In this document: positions 1 to 10,312 of the stretch, one piece after another
Layout of the letters: each line of letters begins with the position of its first letter
Position numbering within the stretch: position 1 is the first letter of the stretch
NCBI GenBank assembly: GCA_004764695.1
Contig: SMSO01000007.1
Span: forward strand, 310,001-374,000
DNA: 64,000 nucleotides
Direction: 5' to 3'
Origin: Schizochytrium sp. TIO01
Taxonomy: Eukaryota > Protista > Bigyra: Labyrinthulomycetes
Position numbers and translations under genes: made by a program
The notes under the pieces: generated by a model
What the model was told of the DNA's origin: nothing
The model's input: only the letters and a program-made list of their open reading frames with translations
Databases searched by the model: none

Positions 1-1150
1 CAGAGGGTATGACACTTTGTGCATCAAATAAATTTGCCCGCGACGAGCCAAAATGCCCTTGCGACATCGTCTTCTGCAGCTTCACAGCTCGTGTACGAGA
101 AGGCGTTGCTGTTAGGGAGTCAGAACCCGAAACACTTTGGCTGTTGTTGCTGTTGTTGCTGTTGTAGCCACTCTTGCTGGCGTGAGTTGACTGCTGTTGC
201 TGGGACGAGGACCCAGAGCCCATTTGATCTGATGCTGTCATGCGGACTGTTAAAGGGTCAAATAATTGTGCACGAGACTGCGAAAAATGTGAATTTGATA
301 GGCCTCTCTGTAAGACAACAGGAACTTTATTTTTACCACCTCGCGCAGATTTTTCTTCCGTTTGACTTCTTGAAGCTGTAGACGAAGTAGAAACAGCCGG
401 GGCGAGACCCATCTGCTCAGATGCTGACGCAAGAACCGAGCTAGAGTCAAACAAATTTGCACGAGATGCCCCAAAAGTGCTTTGTGAAAGAGCTCGATTC
501 AAAGCAACTGGAGGTCTTTTCTTTGAAGGGGCTGGTGTTGTTGATGATGCTTTTGAACCAGATTCATTTTTAATATGACCATGCTGCTCCGCAGCACTTG
601 GAATAATTGTAGATGAGTCAAATAGATTTGCTCGGGATGCTCCGAATTGCCCAGTGGACATTGTTCGCTTAAGAGCAACAGGATTAGAGGACATGTTTTT
701 GTTGTGAGATCTTGCTGAGCTGGCCCCTGATATGTTCGAGTCGTTGGAAGTCGTTGGTGTAAGCCCCCCACCGCCAAGCATTGAGTCAGCACCAGTGGAA
801 ACTAAACTTGAAGGGTCAAACAGGTTTGATCGTGATTGTCCAAAGCCTGAGTTACTCATACCACGTTGAAGGACCACGGGTCGAGGTGGAACAGGTTTTT
901 GCTTGGAGTTGGCCTTTGTAGAAGACACCTGAGAAGGCTCACTTCCATCCTCGGATTTGGCTTCTTCGTCAAGGTCTTCTTCTACGCAAGTCTGGCTCGA
1001 CTCGGCCACAATGTTATCTCCATTTGTGATTTCGCTAATAACACGAAGCTTGAACTTTGTTTTTGCCCATCGAGCTCTCCCAGGAGTAAACATGTTCTTT
1101 GCATCTTTTCTGATTCCTAAAGCTCCAACCTCTCCTGTTCTCTGTGACAT
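1..1150 (-). CDS. Low-complexity protein with at least 5 copies of a ~22-aa motif (PVxLxRxxSxxxFGxSRANLFD); 3' end runs off the window
   Basis: Manual minus-strand translation from ATG at 1150 (MSQRTGEVGALG...) stays open to base 2. It is missing from the ORF track because there is no stop in the window. An upstream exon (polyQ-coding tract 1321-1371) is possible. Confidence 0.8.
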   Translation of the reverse strand, partial: MSQRTGEVGALGIRKDAKNMFTPGRARWAKTKFKLRVISEITNGDNIVAESSQTCVEEDLDEEAKSEDGSEPSQVSSTKANSKQKPVPPRPVVLQRGMSNSGFGQSRSNLFDPSSLVSTGADSMLGGGGLTPTTSNDSNISGASSARSHNKNMSSNPVALKRTMSTGQFGASRANLFDSSTIIPSAAEQHGHIKNESGSKASSTTPAPSKKRPPVALNRALSQSTFGASRANLFDSSSVLASASEQMGLAPAVSTSSTASRSQTEEKSARGGKNKVPVVLQRGLSNSHFSQSRAQLFDPLTVRMTASDQMGSGSSSQQQQSTHASKSGYNSNNSNNSQSVSGSDSLTATPSRTRAVKLQKTMSQGHFGSSRANLFDAQSVIPS

Positions 1151-1320
1151 TGTTAAAGAAGCATACACGCCGAACGAGTGGTCTCAGCACGTGTGTCGCC
1201 TTGGTCAGCGTCTGTAAGCTGCTGCCTTTCCTCGAGTTCTAGATGACAAAACAATTGAAGTTGAGGTCTTAGGACTAAGCAATTGTCTCTCGAGCAAAAA
1301 CAGCAGCTACACACACAGAC

Positions 1321-1324
1321 GTTG

Positions 1325-1370
<46 letters not shown>

Positions 1371-1371
1371 A
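1321..1371. repeat. (GTT)n(GCT)n trinucleotide tract, CAG/CAA on the minus strand
   Basis: Direct reading. Confidence 0.95.
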
Positions 1372-3296
1372 CCACGCTGGCTGCTGCAGCAATGCCTTGC
1401 TTCTGCAGCAGCTCAGAGAGGCTCTGAAGTATACTATAATCTTCAGTGTACTTCTTCAATTTGTATTCCTGCTTCAGGAGCTACCTGCTATGGCGTATTA
1501 GAGATATTATACGTGATTATTCATAGATCCAAGCAACTCCTCTGTGTCAGCACTCGTCATATGTGTGTGCAGCTCATGAGTATATAGCACTCATACCTGT
1601 TCGGGCATTCTGATAAGCACGCACTCTTCGCAATACTGATGCAGGCGTAAAGTACACACTTTGTTGCTAATAGTGTTCTATTTTTGTAAGTGTTAAATCA
1701 ACAGATAGTTATTCGCATTCGTTGGTACTTTCCCCCTATTTATTTCTATTCAATATTCGTTTATTTATTGTATTTTTTTGTTTCCAAAACACAGGACAAA
1801 ACTTAATAATAGGGAAGCGTACACAAAGCTGAGCTAGTTGCTGTCTCTCTGAAAAGAAGCGGAGGACAATACTTCAAAACTTATAGTTTTGGGTCGAGAC
1901 GCTTGCTGGTACTCTCTTTTAGGGTGGAGCAAGGCCTAGCTAATTTCTAGAAACGATTCTTCACCACGAGGCTTACAACATGCCGCGCTGCCGTTTAATC
2001 TTAGCGCAGAGATGAAGTCATACACCTATTATAGGCTTAATCTAACAAAAATATCACACCAGCATTACGACTGCGATGGACAATGTATATGTGTAAACCT
2101 TTGAAAGACAACCTGCTGCCAAGCCTCTTTCTTAAGCTCATTCCTTTCCATCTCTACTACTTCTTTTCCCACACATAGTACCGGGGAAAGAAAACCTGAC
2201 ACGCAGTGAAATCGACCTTCTCCATCCACGACAGAAATTTCACTACCTCTTAAAAAAGAATCAAAACCCCCTCAACTATTTCATCCTAACCAACTATTTA
2301 CCCCAACAGCGCTCCATCAGCAATTCACCAATATTTGTCAGATGAGTTTACATTTTCATCAAACGCATTTCGCATCCCCCAACCCTGGAAAGGTGCCTCA
2401 AAGACCCATGACTTTCCACCTGCCTACTGTGCTCGTATCCTCCCTCCTCCGAGGGTTAGTCCTAAGAAAAGAGCAAGCTCAAAAGAGACCAACACCTGAC
2501 CACGGCCCCTGCCGCTCGAACGGATCCCGGTGTGTGTAACGGATTGCGCAACTTCGGCGCATATTGGCGCCGAATATTCCTGTGACCATCTCTCTGGGCC
2601 AGCATGGAAGCTGAAAGATGACCAAAGGGAAAGAAAGATTCCGAAAGCACTAAAAAGAAAGAATACTGAGACTAACTGAGGCCTAGCTTTTACAGGTAGT
2701 AGGTAGGTAAGTAAAATAAGTACCACGAGAGACTCGAATAGATCGCTATTTACTTTCAATTCAATCAAAGTAGATGGTATGATTGTTATTAATGAGTTTA
2801 GTGAGGAAAGTAAGATAAAGTAAAGAAAAGAAATCGGTGTATGAATGAGTCGGAGAAGGACAGTCAATCCTTGCGAGATTGGTTGACTCGAGCAGTCAAT
2901 CACTCATTGGTTGTACAACTGTCGGGACCGCCTCGAGACGTTCTGACGCTTGCAGATCGCGCCTGGACGCTTGCAGGAGCAGCTGTTGAACTCGCTGAGC
3001 CAGCTTGGATAAGTGGGCTGATCAGTATCCATCCAGTTATCCATCGATATCGTATCGCTTGGAAACAGGTCTCTTGAGGTTGAACTCTCGGAAATAAACC
3101 CGTTTCATCTCGGTGTGCATTCGGTCTGGCAAGACATCGAGGTTACACCAATTGTGACTGCTTTGGTCAGCTTCAAACGTGCATTCAAGTCGTTTTAAAT
3201 AGACATTGATATTGACTTTTGGGCACGGGCGATTCTGGGCTTGAACTGACGTGGAATTGGCGTGCGTAAGGTTAACATAAACTACCTCTAGGCCCA

Positions 3297-4580
3297 ATGT
3301 TTCTCTGGAAGCAGAAGATCTTGGGTGGTGGCGATAAGGAGCCTGAAGGCTTCAAAGAGAAGAAACGAGAATGTCTTGCCATGCGAGATGGCCTCAAGAA
3401 ATGTGAAAAGGCTGTACGAGCTTGGATGGAGGGTGCCGCCAAGATGAGCTCAGCTGCTCAAACTATGGCTGACCTTGCTGGGTCGTCAGATCAAGGTCTC
3501 ATGCGTCTCGGTACTCAGATTGCCAACGAGCTTGGTCCCGAGAAGTCTCTCAAGGTTTGCCAAGATGCGGTCAACTCTATCGAGCTCAAGATCAAGCTCG
3601 TGGACAAGCTCAAGAAGGAAAGCACCGACCTTGAGGAGAAGCGTCTTATCATGAACCGTCTGAAGCGCAAGCTTGACGATGCCAACAAAAAGGACGATGC
3701 CATGGCCAAGGATAAGGCCAAGGCCGAGCACGATGAGGCTGTGAACGTGCATGCACAGCTCTTTGCCGAGGTTGATGGAAGCTTCGACTTTTTACAGGAG
3801 GAGGACCAGCACATGGGCGGTGTGGGTCTGGCAAAGCCTGAGATGTCTGCCTTTAAACAAAGTACGGTTAATTTCTTTCGCGACTGCGCTGCAGTTTGCG
3901 AAGGTTTGGTACAAGAGATCAACATGGAGGACGTGGATCTGACTTCCGAGTGGACCCGTTTCAATGATCGCAAGGATGCCAAAGTCATGGCACTCCGTGA
4001 CTCTAAGATGGCCATGGTGGGCTCTTCGCGTGGCTTAAATAGTGCCGAGGATGACAATCAGTACGACTCTGGCTCTTCTCGACTCGACAGCAACGACTCT
4101 TATCACACGGCTGCTGGGTCTTCATACCCTCCTCCGCCGCCTGTGCCTAGCTCTGGAGGTGGAGCTCCACCACCTCCACCGCCTCCCCCCCCAGCTGGTT
4201 CCAGTTCTGGTTCCTATGGTCAACCACCACAGAGGCCGCCTAGCATGCTCTCAACTCGACCTCCTCCGCCTCCGCATCCATCTCAAACACAAGCCTCTCC
4301 TGCACCCCCTCCGCCTCCACCCCCGCCTTCGCAATCGTCGTATGCAAAGCCCAGTGGCCTTCAAGCCACAGCTCTCTATGCTTATTCTCCGCAGAATGTC
4401 GACGAATTGGCACTCCAAGTTGGCCAGGTCGTCACCATCACCAAACAGGAGGAAGATGGATGGTGGGAGGGTGTACTTCCCAATGGAAGACGCGGTGTTT
4501 TCCCCAGCAATTACGTTTCTTTGAACAGCGGAGGTGGTTATGATGACGATGATGACTCGGATCTTGATGGCAACGTTTGA
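3297..4580 (+). CDS. Helical (BAR-like) N-terminus, polyproline linker, C-terminal SH3; endocytosis/actin adaptor-like
   Basis: 427-aa ORF with SH3 motifs ALYAY..ELAL..EDGWWEG..GVFPSNYV, several PPPPP tracts and a charged helical first ~230 aa. BAR assignment is an inference. Confidence 0.9.
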   Translation: MFLWKQKILGGGDKEPEGFKEKKRECLAMRDGLKKCEKAVRAWMEGAAKMSSAAQTMADLAGSSDQGLMRLGTQIANELGPEKSLKVCQDAVNSIELKIKLVDKLKKESTDLEEKRLIMNRLKRKLDDANKKDDAMAKDKAKAEHDEAVNVHAQLFAEVDGSFDFLQEEDQHMGGVGLAKPEMSAFKQSTVNFFRDCAAVCEGLVQEINMEDVDLTSEWTRFNDRKDAKVMALRDSKMAMVGSSRGLNSAEDDNQYDSGSSRLDSNDSYHTAAGSSYPPPPPVPSSGGGAPPPPPPPPPAGSSSGSYGQPPQRPPSMLSTRPPPPPHPSQTQASPAPPPPPPPPSQSSYAKPSGLQATALYAYSPQNVDELALQVGQVVTITKQEEDGWWEGVLPNGRRGVFPSNYVSLNSGGGYDDDDDSDLDGNV

Positions 4581-5289
4581 GTTTATACCTGGTTCTCTGT
4601 AGAAGACAAACTGTCATTCTTGGGTGAGCAGGAACATATATCGTGTTTATACCTGGGACCTATCTGGGTAAGTTGCTAGAGCTGCGAAGAAACACAGTCC
4701 ACTGCTGTCGATGCCACTTGCTGCTTGTTTACTTGCCAGATCCATCGTTGTTGCATCTATCTCATCCTAGTCCTTTGGCAGACATGCTTCACTAGGAATT
4801 ACATTGCATGTATGCTTTCATTTATACAATTTCTATTTTTGTTGTAAACTTTTACAAAGGCTGTTGGCTAATGTTTATAGCCAATTGGAATTTGACACAA
4901 TGCATAGATAAATGATACTTGCAAGTTTAGTTTCTCTTCATTACAAGACAGTCATTCTGATAGGCTTTAGTACGACTAGTGGTACAATTTGCGAACATTG
5001 TCCTTGGGCATCGTTTAACAAATTAACAAAAGTATATTCTGTAATGTACCTCTGGACAAAGAAATGAGTTCTCTCTTCTCATTATAGGTGTATCCTATCG
5101 CCATCGTTTTATCATTACCAACGGAAGCATCCTATCAACGTAAAAAAAATTAATAGTGCCTGGGCCTTCTCTTGTCAAATTCGAGGAAAAATAGCTAGGG
5201 GCGGCTATTACTACTAGTACTGCAACCTTTAATTAACAATATATATCACAGAAGATCCAAATTTCCTGTTGGTAAAAGCCTTGCATCAC

Positions 5290-6153
5290 TTAATCTTCAA
5301 CCTGAATTGGAGGGCTTGGGCTCTCCTTGTTCGCGCGGAGTAGGAATACAGTTCGATTGAGGGTGTTTGTCTGGTACGGCAGGCTATCCTCAATCTGCCA
5401 TCCCTCAAGAAGCAGTGGGAGACGTTCTTTGCCATAAATGCGGTGGGCATTCCAAATGATAGTATCTTGACCGGTCGGAATACTCAAGAGAACGTATGAT
5501 GCCTTTTCTCTGAGGTGGTCCATAACAATCAAATCGGCGTCAGGACACAGTGGGTCCCCATATCTACCGAGCCCATCGTGCTGGAGCGCATCTACAACTA
5601 CAGCGAGTCTCACACGCTTGATTTCTTCTGGGAGACGATTTCCACGGAAAACTTGTACACGCGGATGCTCTATTCTGAGACGATTATATTCGATTGTAAA
5701 AATTTGCTTAGCTCCAAGCCGAAGTAAAAGACCTTCTAAAATAGGTTTTTGCGAGCCGAATACGGCAACTTTGGTCACTAGACGCGGGTGAGACCGAAGC
5801 ATTTCTGCAACAACAGGTTCATATTCTTCCGCACGCGCCCCAAACATTCCTACATCGGCTGCAGAATACGCATAATATGATCCTTGGCCCTCAAAAGAGT
5901 CATCTACAAAGGATTCTTCGTCATAAACAACTGGGATGCGTCCATCTCTTGAAAATGCATTAAACATGTGATCTGGAATTCGCTCTGGGGGCATTTCTCC
6001 CGGTGTTGGCTTCTCGCACTGGGTTTCCTTAAACAAGATCCTATCCAAGGCACCCCCCCTGACATCTACTTCGTCACACTCATTCAAGTCCGCATTTGTC
6101 GCTGCAAGAGTCACCGTGCCAATTAAAACCACACCAAGCTTTACAACCCTCAT
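5290..6153 (-). CDS. DUF268-family SAM-dependent methyltransferase-like protein with N-terminal signal/anchor
   Basis: Motifs VAVFGSQKP, TIEYN, HDGLGRYGDPLCPDAD, PTGQD..WNAHRIYG..RL match my recollection of DUF268. N-terminus is hydrophobic. Confidence 0.8.
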   Translation of the reverse strand: MRVVKLGVVLIGTVTLAATNADLNECDEVDVRGGALDRILFKETQCEKPTPGEMPPERIPDHMFNAFSRDGRIPVVYDEESFVDDSFEGQGSYYAYSAADVGMFGARAEEYEPVVAEMLRSHPRLVTKVAVFGSQKPILEGLLLRLGAKQIFTIEYNRLRIEHPRVQVFRGNRLPEEIKRVRLAVVVDALQHDGLGRYGDPLCPDADLIVMDHLREKASYVLLSIPTGQDTIIWNAHRIYGKERLPLLLEGWQIEDSLPYQTNTLNRTVFLLRANKESPSPPIQVED

Positions 6154-6396
6154 CTAACACGGCCTGCAATCTTCAGTCTCAGCTCATACGCAGCGACCTG
6201 TTTCTGATTTGCTTAGCTTATCTTAGCTTATCGATCTCATTTCTTTTTAAAACTTTATCCTCCTTCATGCACCAATCAATTCATATATATTCCTATGCCG
6301 CTCAACCCTCCAACTCAGTGTTGGGGCCATCAGCCCAACAGATCATCCGGACTTCCATGATACCCCTCTGGAATTCCCGATGTGTTGAGGATGAAT

Positions 6397-6499
6397 AGCG
6401 GGTTAGCTCAGAGGTAGAGTGTTGGGCCCATACTTCCGATTCTTCCGAGGGTCAGGAGGAGGCACCCAAAAGTCGGCGGATCGAAACCGCCACCCGCTA
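6397..6499 (+). tRNA. tRNA-iMet: Initiator tRNA-Met (CAT), 31-nt intron 6433-6463, type A (copy 1)
   Basis: Acceptor AGCGGGT/ACCCGCT (A1:U72), anticodon stem TTGGG/CCCAA, C33-CAT-A37, T-loop ATCGAAA (A54/A60). These are eukaryotic initiator hallmarks. 72 nt after intron removal. Confidence 0.95.
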
Positions 6500-6544
6500 C
6501 AATAACAACAACAGTTCGAGGATCCTCGAGCGCATTCCTTTTTT
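6500..6544 (+). terminator. Conserved tRNA 3' trailer: 14-nt spacer, GTTCGA hairpin, T6 Pol III terminator (same layout after all six tRNAs)
   Basis: caataacaacaaca-gttcgaggatcctcgagc-gcattcc-tttttt. Confidence 0.75.
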
Positions 6545-7393
6545 ACCCTGTCTTTTTTTTTTCCTTCCTTGTTTTTATTTATAAAGCAAAACACCTTTTT
6601 TTCCCTTCTCCTCTCTTAAAGTTCAAGTATGAGAACATTGGAATATCCTCTGAAGAGTAGTGCTTATCCCATATCAATGATGCATTGTAATTAATTGGGT
6701 CTTTGCCGAGAAGTGGAGGCTAGGTAAGAAAATGGCATGGCCAAGGAACCACCAACCTCGAAACGCTACAAGTCAAGCAAACCTTCAATACAAGCCAGCA
6801 AAGGGCTTCAGCCAGAAGTTTGGAGTCTCAGCAAGCGCCCGTTGGTTGCCCAGTCGCATGTACGCAAGTGACGACGTTGAACGTACCTATGGCTGACCCT
6901 ACCAGCATCCACGATAGGAGTGTCCTCCGCCAAGAAAGTGCTGCTTCACAAAGTCGAGCATCCCCCGGTATAGACTTGTTGTTTGGCGAGATGATAACTC
7001 TTCAAAACTTGGAGAATCCAAGGTTTTCGAATGCCCCAAATGCAAACCTAGTCGGTCGTGACATCTACGCCATCAGAGGCATCCTTTGCGCAACCTGTCC
7101 AAGGACATTCTTCAAAACAATGTGATTGAGTCATGAGTTGTAATTTTAACCCCAGATTGCATGGCACCGGAGGAAATGTAAGTTTTGCAAGTTGTACAGG
7201 GTTTCGTTTTTAGCCATTCCTGATAGATCGAGGCGAATCTGGGTAAGGTCACATTTTTTTCCTCTACAGAGAGTTAAAGGTCATATATTACCATACCTCT
7301 CTTACCATCATCATTCAATGATGAGAACATTTCGTTCATCATCGGTGACTCCTAAAGTCACCCTTGAAGATTGTCCGGTTCTTCCGGTGAGAT

Positions 7394-7496
7394 AGCGGGT
7401 TAGCTCAGAGGTAGAGTGTTGGGCCCATACTTCCGATTCCTCCGAGGGTCAGGAAGAGGCACCCAAAAGTCGGCGGATCGAAACCGCCACCCGCTA
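7394..7496 (+). tRNA. tRNA-iMet: Initiator tRNA-Met (CAT), 31-nt intron, type A (copy 2)
   Basis: Exons identical to copy 1; intron cttccgattcctccgagggtcaggaagaggc. Confidence 0.95.
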
Positions 7497-8156
7497 CAAC
7501 AACAACAACAGTTCGAGGTTCCTCGAGCGACTTCTTTTTTCCCCTTTCCTTTTTATTTATTAAAAAAAATAAAATTTCAATCCCAGACAGTCAAAACATG
7601 TTTTGTTATTTTCCACCCATGTTCAAGTTCTTGAAGGGCGATTCAGTTTTTTCTCAAACTTCAAAGAGAGAATGTTAATCCAAAGGCCGTGAAATGAAGT
7701 TTAATTCCTTCATTCTATGAATAATTTGAATTGGATTAGCTTTCTGCGTTTCGACTTTTAGAGAGAAGAATAGATAAACTATTATTAATTATTCTTAGTT
7801 AAAAAAGTAGAAAGAGAAAAAGCTAATTGAACTTACGTTCGGGTCAGTATGGTGATGTGTTTCTCCATGAAAAGAAAAACTGTCACTACCGCCAGCGGTA
7901 ATAACTTAAAATGTTATAAAAATTAAGTTTGGATGAGAAACCTCAAGCCAAAATAATAATTCACAAAAAGAATGTTTAGCTATGTGTATACATAGCTACA
8001 CTACCATAATGAGGCCATTTTAGAAATTTGTCGGAGACATTTTACAAAAGTGATTGCTGCGATTTGGCAACATCAGCTCATCAAAGATCAATTTTCTGAA
8101 GAGTTCGGCTGCTCCAACAGTAGCCCCTGAAGATTGTCCGGTTCTTCCGGTGAGAA

Positions 8157-8259
8157 AGCGGGTTAGCTCAGAGGTAGAGTGTTGGGCCCATACTTCCGAT
8201 TCCTCCGAGGGTCAGGAAGAGGCACCCAAAAGTCGGCGGATCGAAACCGCCACCCGCTA
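8157..8259 (+). tRNA. tRNA-iMet: Initiator tRNA-Met (CAT), 31-nt intron, type A (copy 3)
   Basis: Identical to copy 2. Confidence 0.95.
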
Positions 8260-8382
8260 CAATAATAGCAACAGTTCGAGGATCCTCGAGCGACTTCTTT
8301 TTTCCTCACTATGATTATTTCATTTTAGTTTTTGAGTTACTCAAAGTTTATATCGTTCAGGTTCCAATGCTGCATCATGGAA

Positions 8383-8484
8383 AGCGGGTTAGCTCAGAGG
8401 TAGAGTGTTGGGCCCATACTTCTGATTCTACTAGAATCATTAGGAGGCACCCAAAAGTCGGCGGATCGAAACCGCCACCCGCTA
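8383..8484 (+). tRNA. tRNA-iMet: Initiator tRNA-Met (CAT), 30-nt intron 8419-8448, type B (copy 4)
   Basis: Same exons; intron cttctgattctactagaatcattaggaggc. Confidence 0.95.
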
Positions 8485-9113
8485 CAATACCATCATCAGT
8501 TCGATTCCTTCGAACATTGCTTTTTTCTTTACTTTTTCCCTCTTTGAATTTATACACTTACTACTTATCAATAAATGATATAGATATGTAGGCCTTTATA
8601 AGTATATTTTTTTAAATGAGAGAAATATAATATTTTAAAGTAAAAATAAATAAAAGTATTGCTGTCACCTTTGGAAAGGAAACAAACACAAGTGGAATTT
8701 GTTTATGTTATTTGAGCAGAGCAATTTGCCATGATAAGCTTAGTTTTCTGATGCGCCATTCTGATAGGTTTGTGTTTCTTATTTTTCTAGCGGTACAAAA
8801 AATATCAAACACAATTATAATAGATAGGTAAACATAATTAAATAAACGATAAACCTTATATATTCTAATTTTTTATATCAACACGATCATCATTCCGAAT
8901 TCCTTCGGAACATCAAAGTGTTTAATTCATCCTTTAGTTATCTCACGTTGTCATAAGAAATTCCAATAGAAGGTTCCACTAGAATTGATAGGCTTTGAGG
9001 TAGTCAAATCTCTATCAGGCACACGAATAATTGTTTATGTATAATTGGCTTACAGAACTACTTACATTTACCCTTAATTTACTACTATTTTACAACTCTA
9101 TACTCAGGCTGCC

Positions 9114-9780
9114 ATGCCAATACATAAATTGCAAAAAATCGAACCAAACAAAGAGATTGAAGATTGCCCGGGGAGCAGTGCTGTCTATCCTGACAGGGGG
9201 TACTCCAATGTTGATTTTGATGCTGCCAAGGAGCTTAGTGTTGGTGCTGTGATGACGAAATTGTTTGCTTATACGACTTACATTGCGGCGAAGTGTTTTT
9301 TACATGGTGTCATGATCTTCATGATTCGAATCATTCTTGCTTGTTCTGCAGTAATTTTGCTCTGCTTTGTTTGACTATTCACTTCCTCAATTATGTTGCT
9401 CCTTCGGGTGTTTGCTCTGGTTTCGATTGGGGTTTTCTTTCTAGCCTTTCTATTCTGGTGACCAGATTACTTTGCTGTGCAGTTGGGCATGGCTCCTTGG
9501 CCACTTCCTAGCGGTCCGGCGAAGTATGATTCCGATGGTTCTACGATTTGTCAGGATGATGAATTGAAGAGAAGAATGTGCATACGAATGCTCTCATTTT
9601 GTAGCAATTCCAGTTCCTCAAATGATTCTCACCACTGCTCTATTGCTTGTACCTTGTGACAAGGCTTTTACTATGGCCAGGCTGCTTAAGATTTGACAGT
9701 GGATGCTTGTAGCCGTGCTCCTGTGAGTATGAGTAATTCTTGTACAGCTTTATTCGTTGCCAATGAAACAAACATAGAAA
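9114..9780 (+). pseudogene. Disabled membrane protein: hydrophobic helices followed by a Cys-rich region
   Basis: ORFs 9114..9374 and 9477..9659 share one frame, interrupted by TGA 9372, TGA 9459, TGA 9657 and TAA 9687. Homologous to the 21.3-22.6 kb pseudogene. Confidence 0.65.
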
Positions 9781-9913
9781 TCAGTAACTATACAATCTTT
9801 TATATTTGATTAAAGAATCATTGTCATCAACTTCCAGTAAAGCATACCGCTTCACAGGAATTGGGCGCGTCGCAAGATGCACCCACAGAAATGTCCGGTT
9901 CTTCCGGTGAGAT

Positions 9914-10016
9914 AGCGGGTTAGCTCAGAGGTAGAGTGTTGGGCCCATACTTCCGATTCCTCCGAGGGTCAGGAAGAGGCACCCAAAAGTCGGCGGATCG
10001 AAACCGCCACCCGCTA
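9914..10016 (+). tRNA. tRNA-iMet: Initiator tRNA-Met (CAT), 31-nt intron, type A (copy 5)
   Basis: Identical to copies 2 and 3. Confidence 0.95.
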
Positions 10017-10138
10017 CAATAATAGCAACAGTTCGAGGATCCTCGAGCGACTTCTTTTTTCCTCCCTCTGATTATCTCATATTAGTTTTTGAGTTACTCA
10101 AAGCTTATATGGTTCAGGTTCCATGCTGCATCATGGAA

Positions 10139-10240
10139 AGCGGGTTAGCTCAGAGGTAGAGTGTTGGGCCCATACTTCTGATTCTACTAGAATCACTAGG
10201 AGGCACCCAAAAGTCGGCGGATCGAAACCGCCACCCGCTA
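10139..10240 (+). tRNA. tRNA-iMet: Initiator tRNA-Met (CAT), 30-nt intron 10175-10204, type B (copy 6)
   Basis: Same exons; intron cttctgattctactagaatcactaggaggc. Confidence 0.95.
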
Positions 10241-10312
10241 CAATACCATCATCAGTTCGATTCCTTTGAACATTGCTTTTTTCTTTACTTTTTTTCCTCT
10301 TTGTTTTTGATA

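Larger units (their letters stand above)
8135..10303 (+). repeat. Direct duplication of the A+B tRNA pair (8135-8546 and 9892-10303)
   Basis: The inter-tRNA spacer (tagtttttgagttactcaaag...ttcaggttcca) and both trailers are near-identical between the blocks. Confidence 0.9.

Noticed and set aside
6397-10240. CRISPR-like or SINE interpretation of the recurring ~100-bp repeat
   Set aside because: Units fold as perfect initiator tRNAs with invariant exons; spacing is irregular; no cas genes, poly-A tails or target-site duplications.
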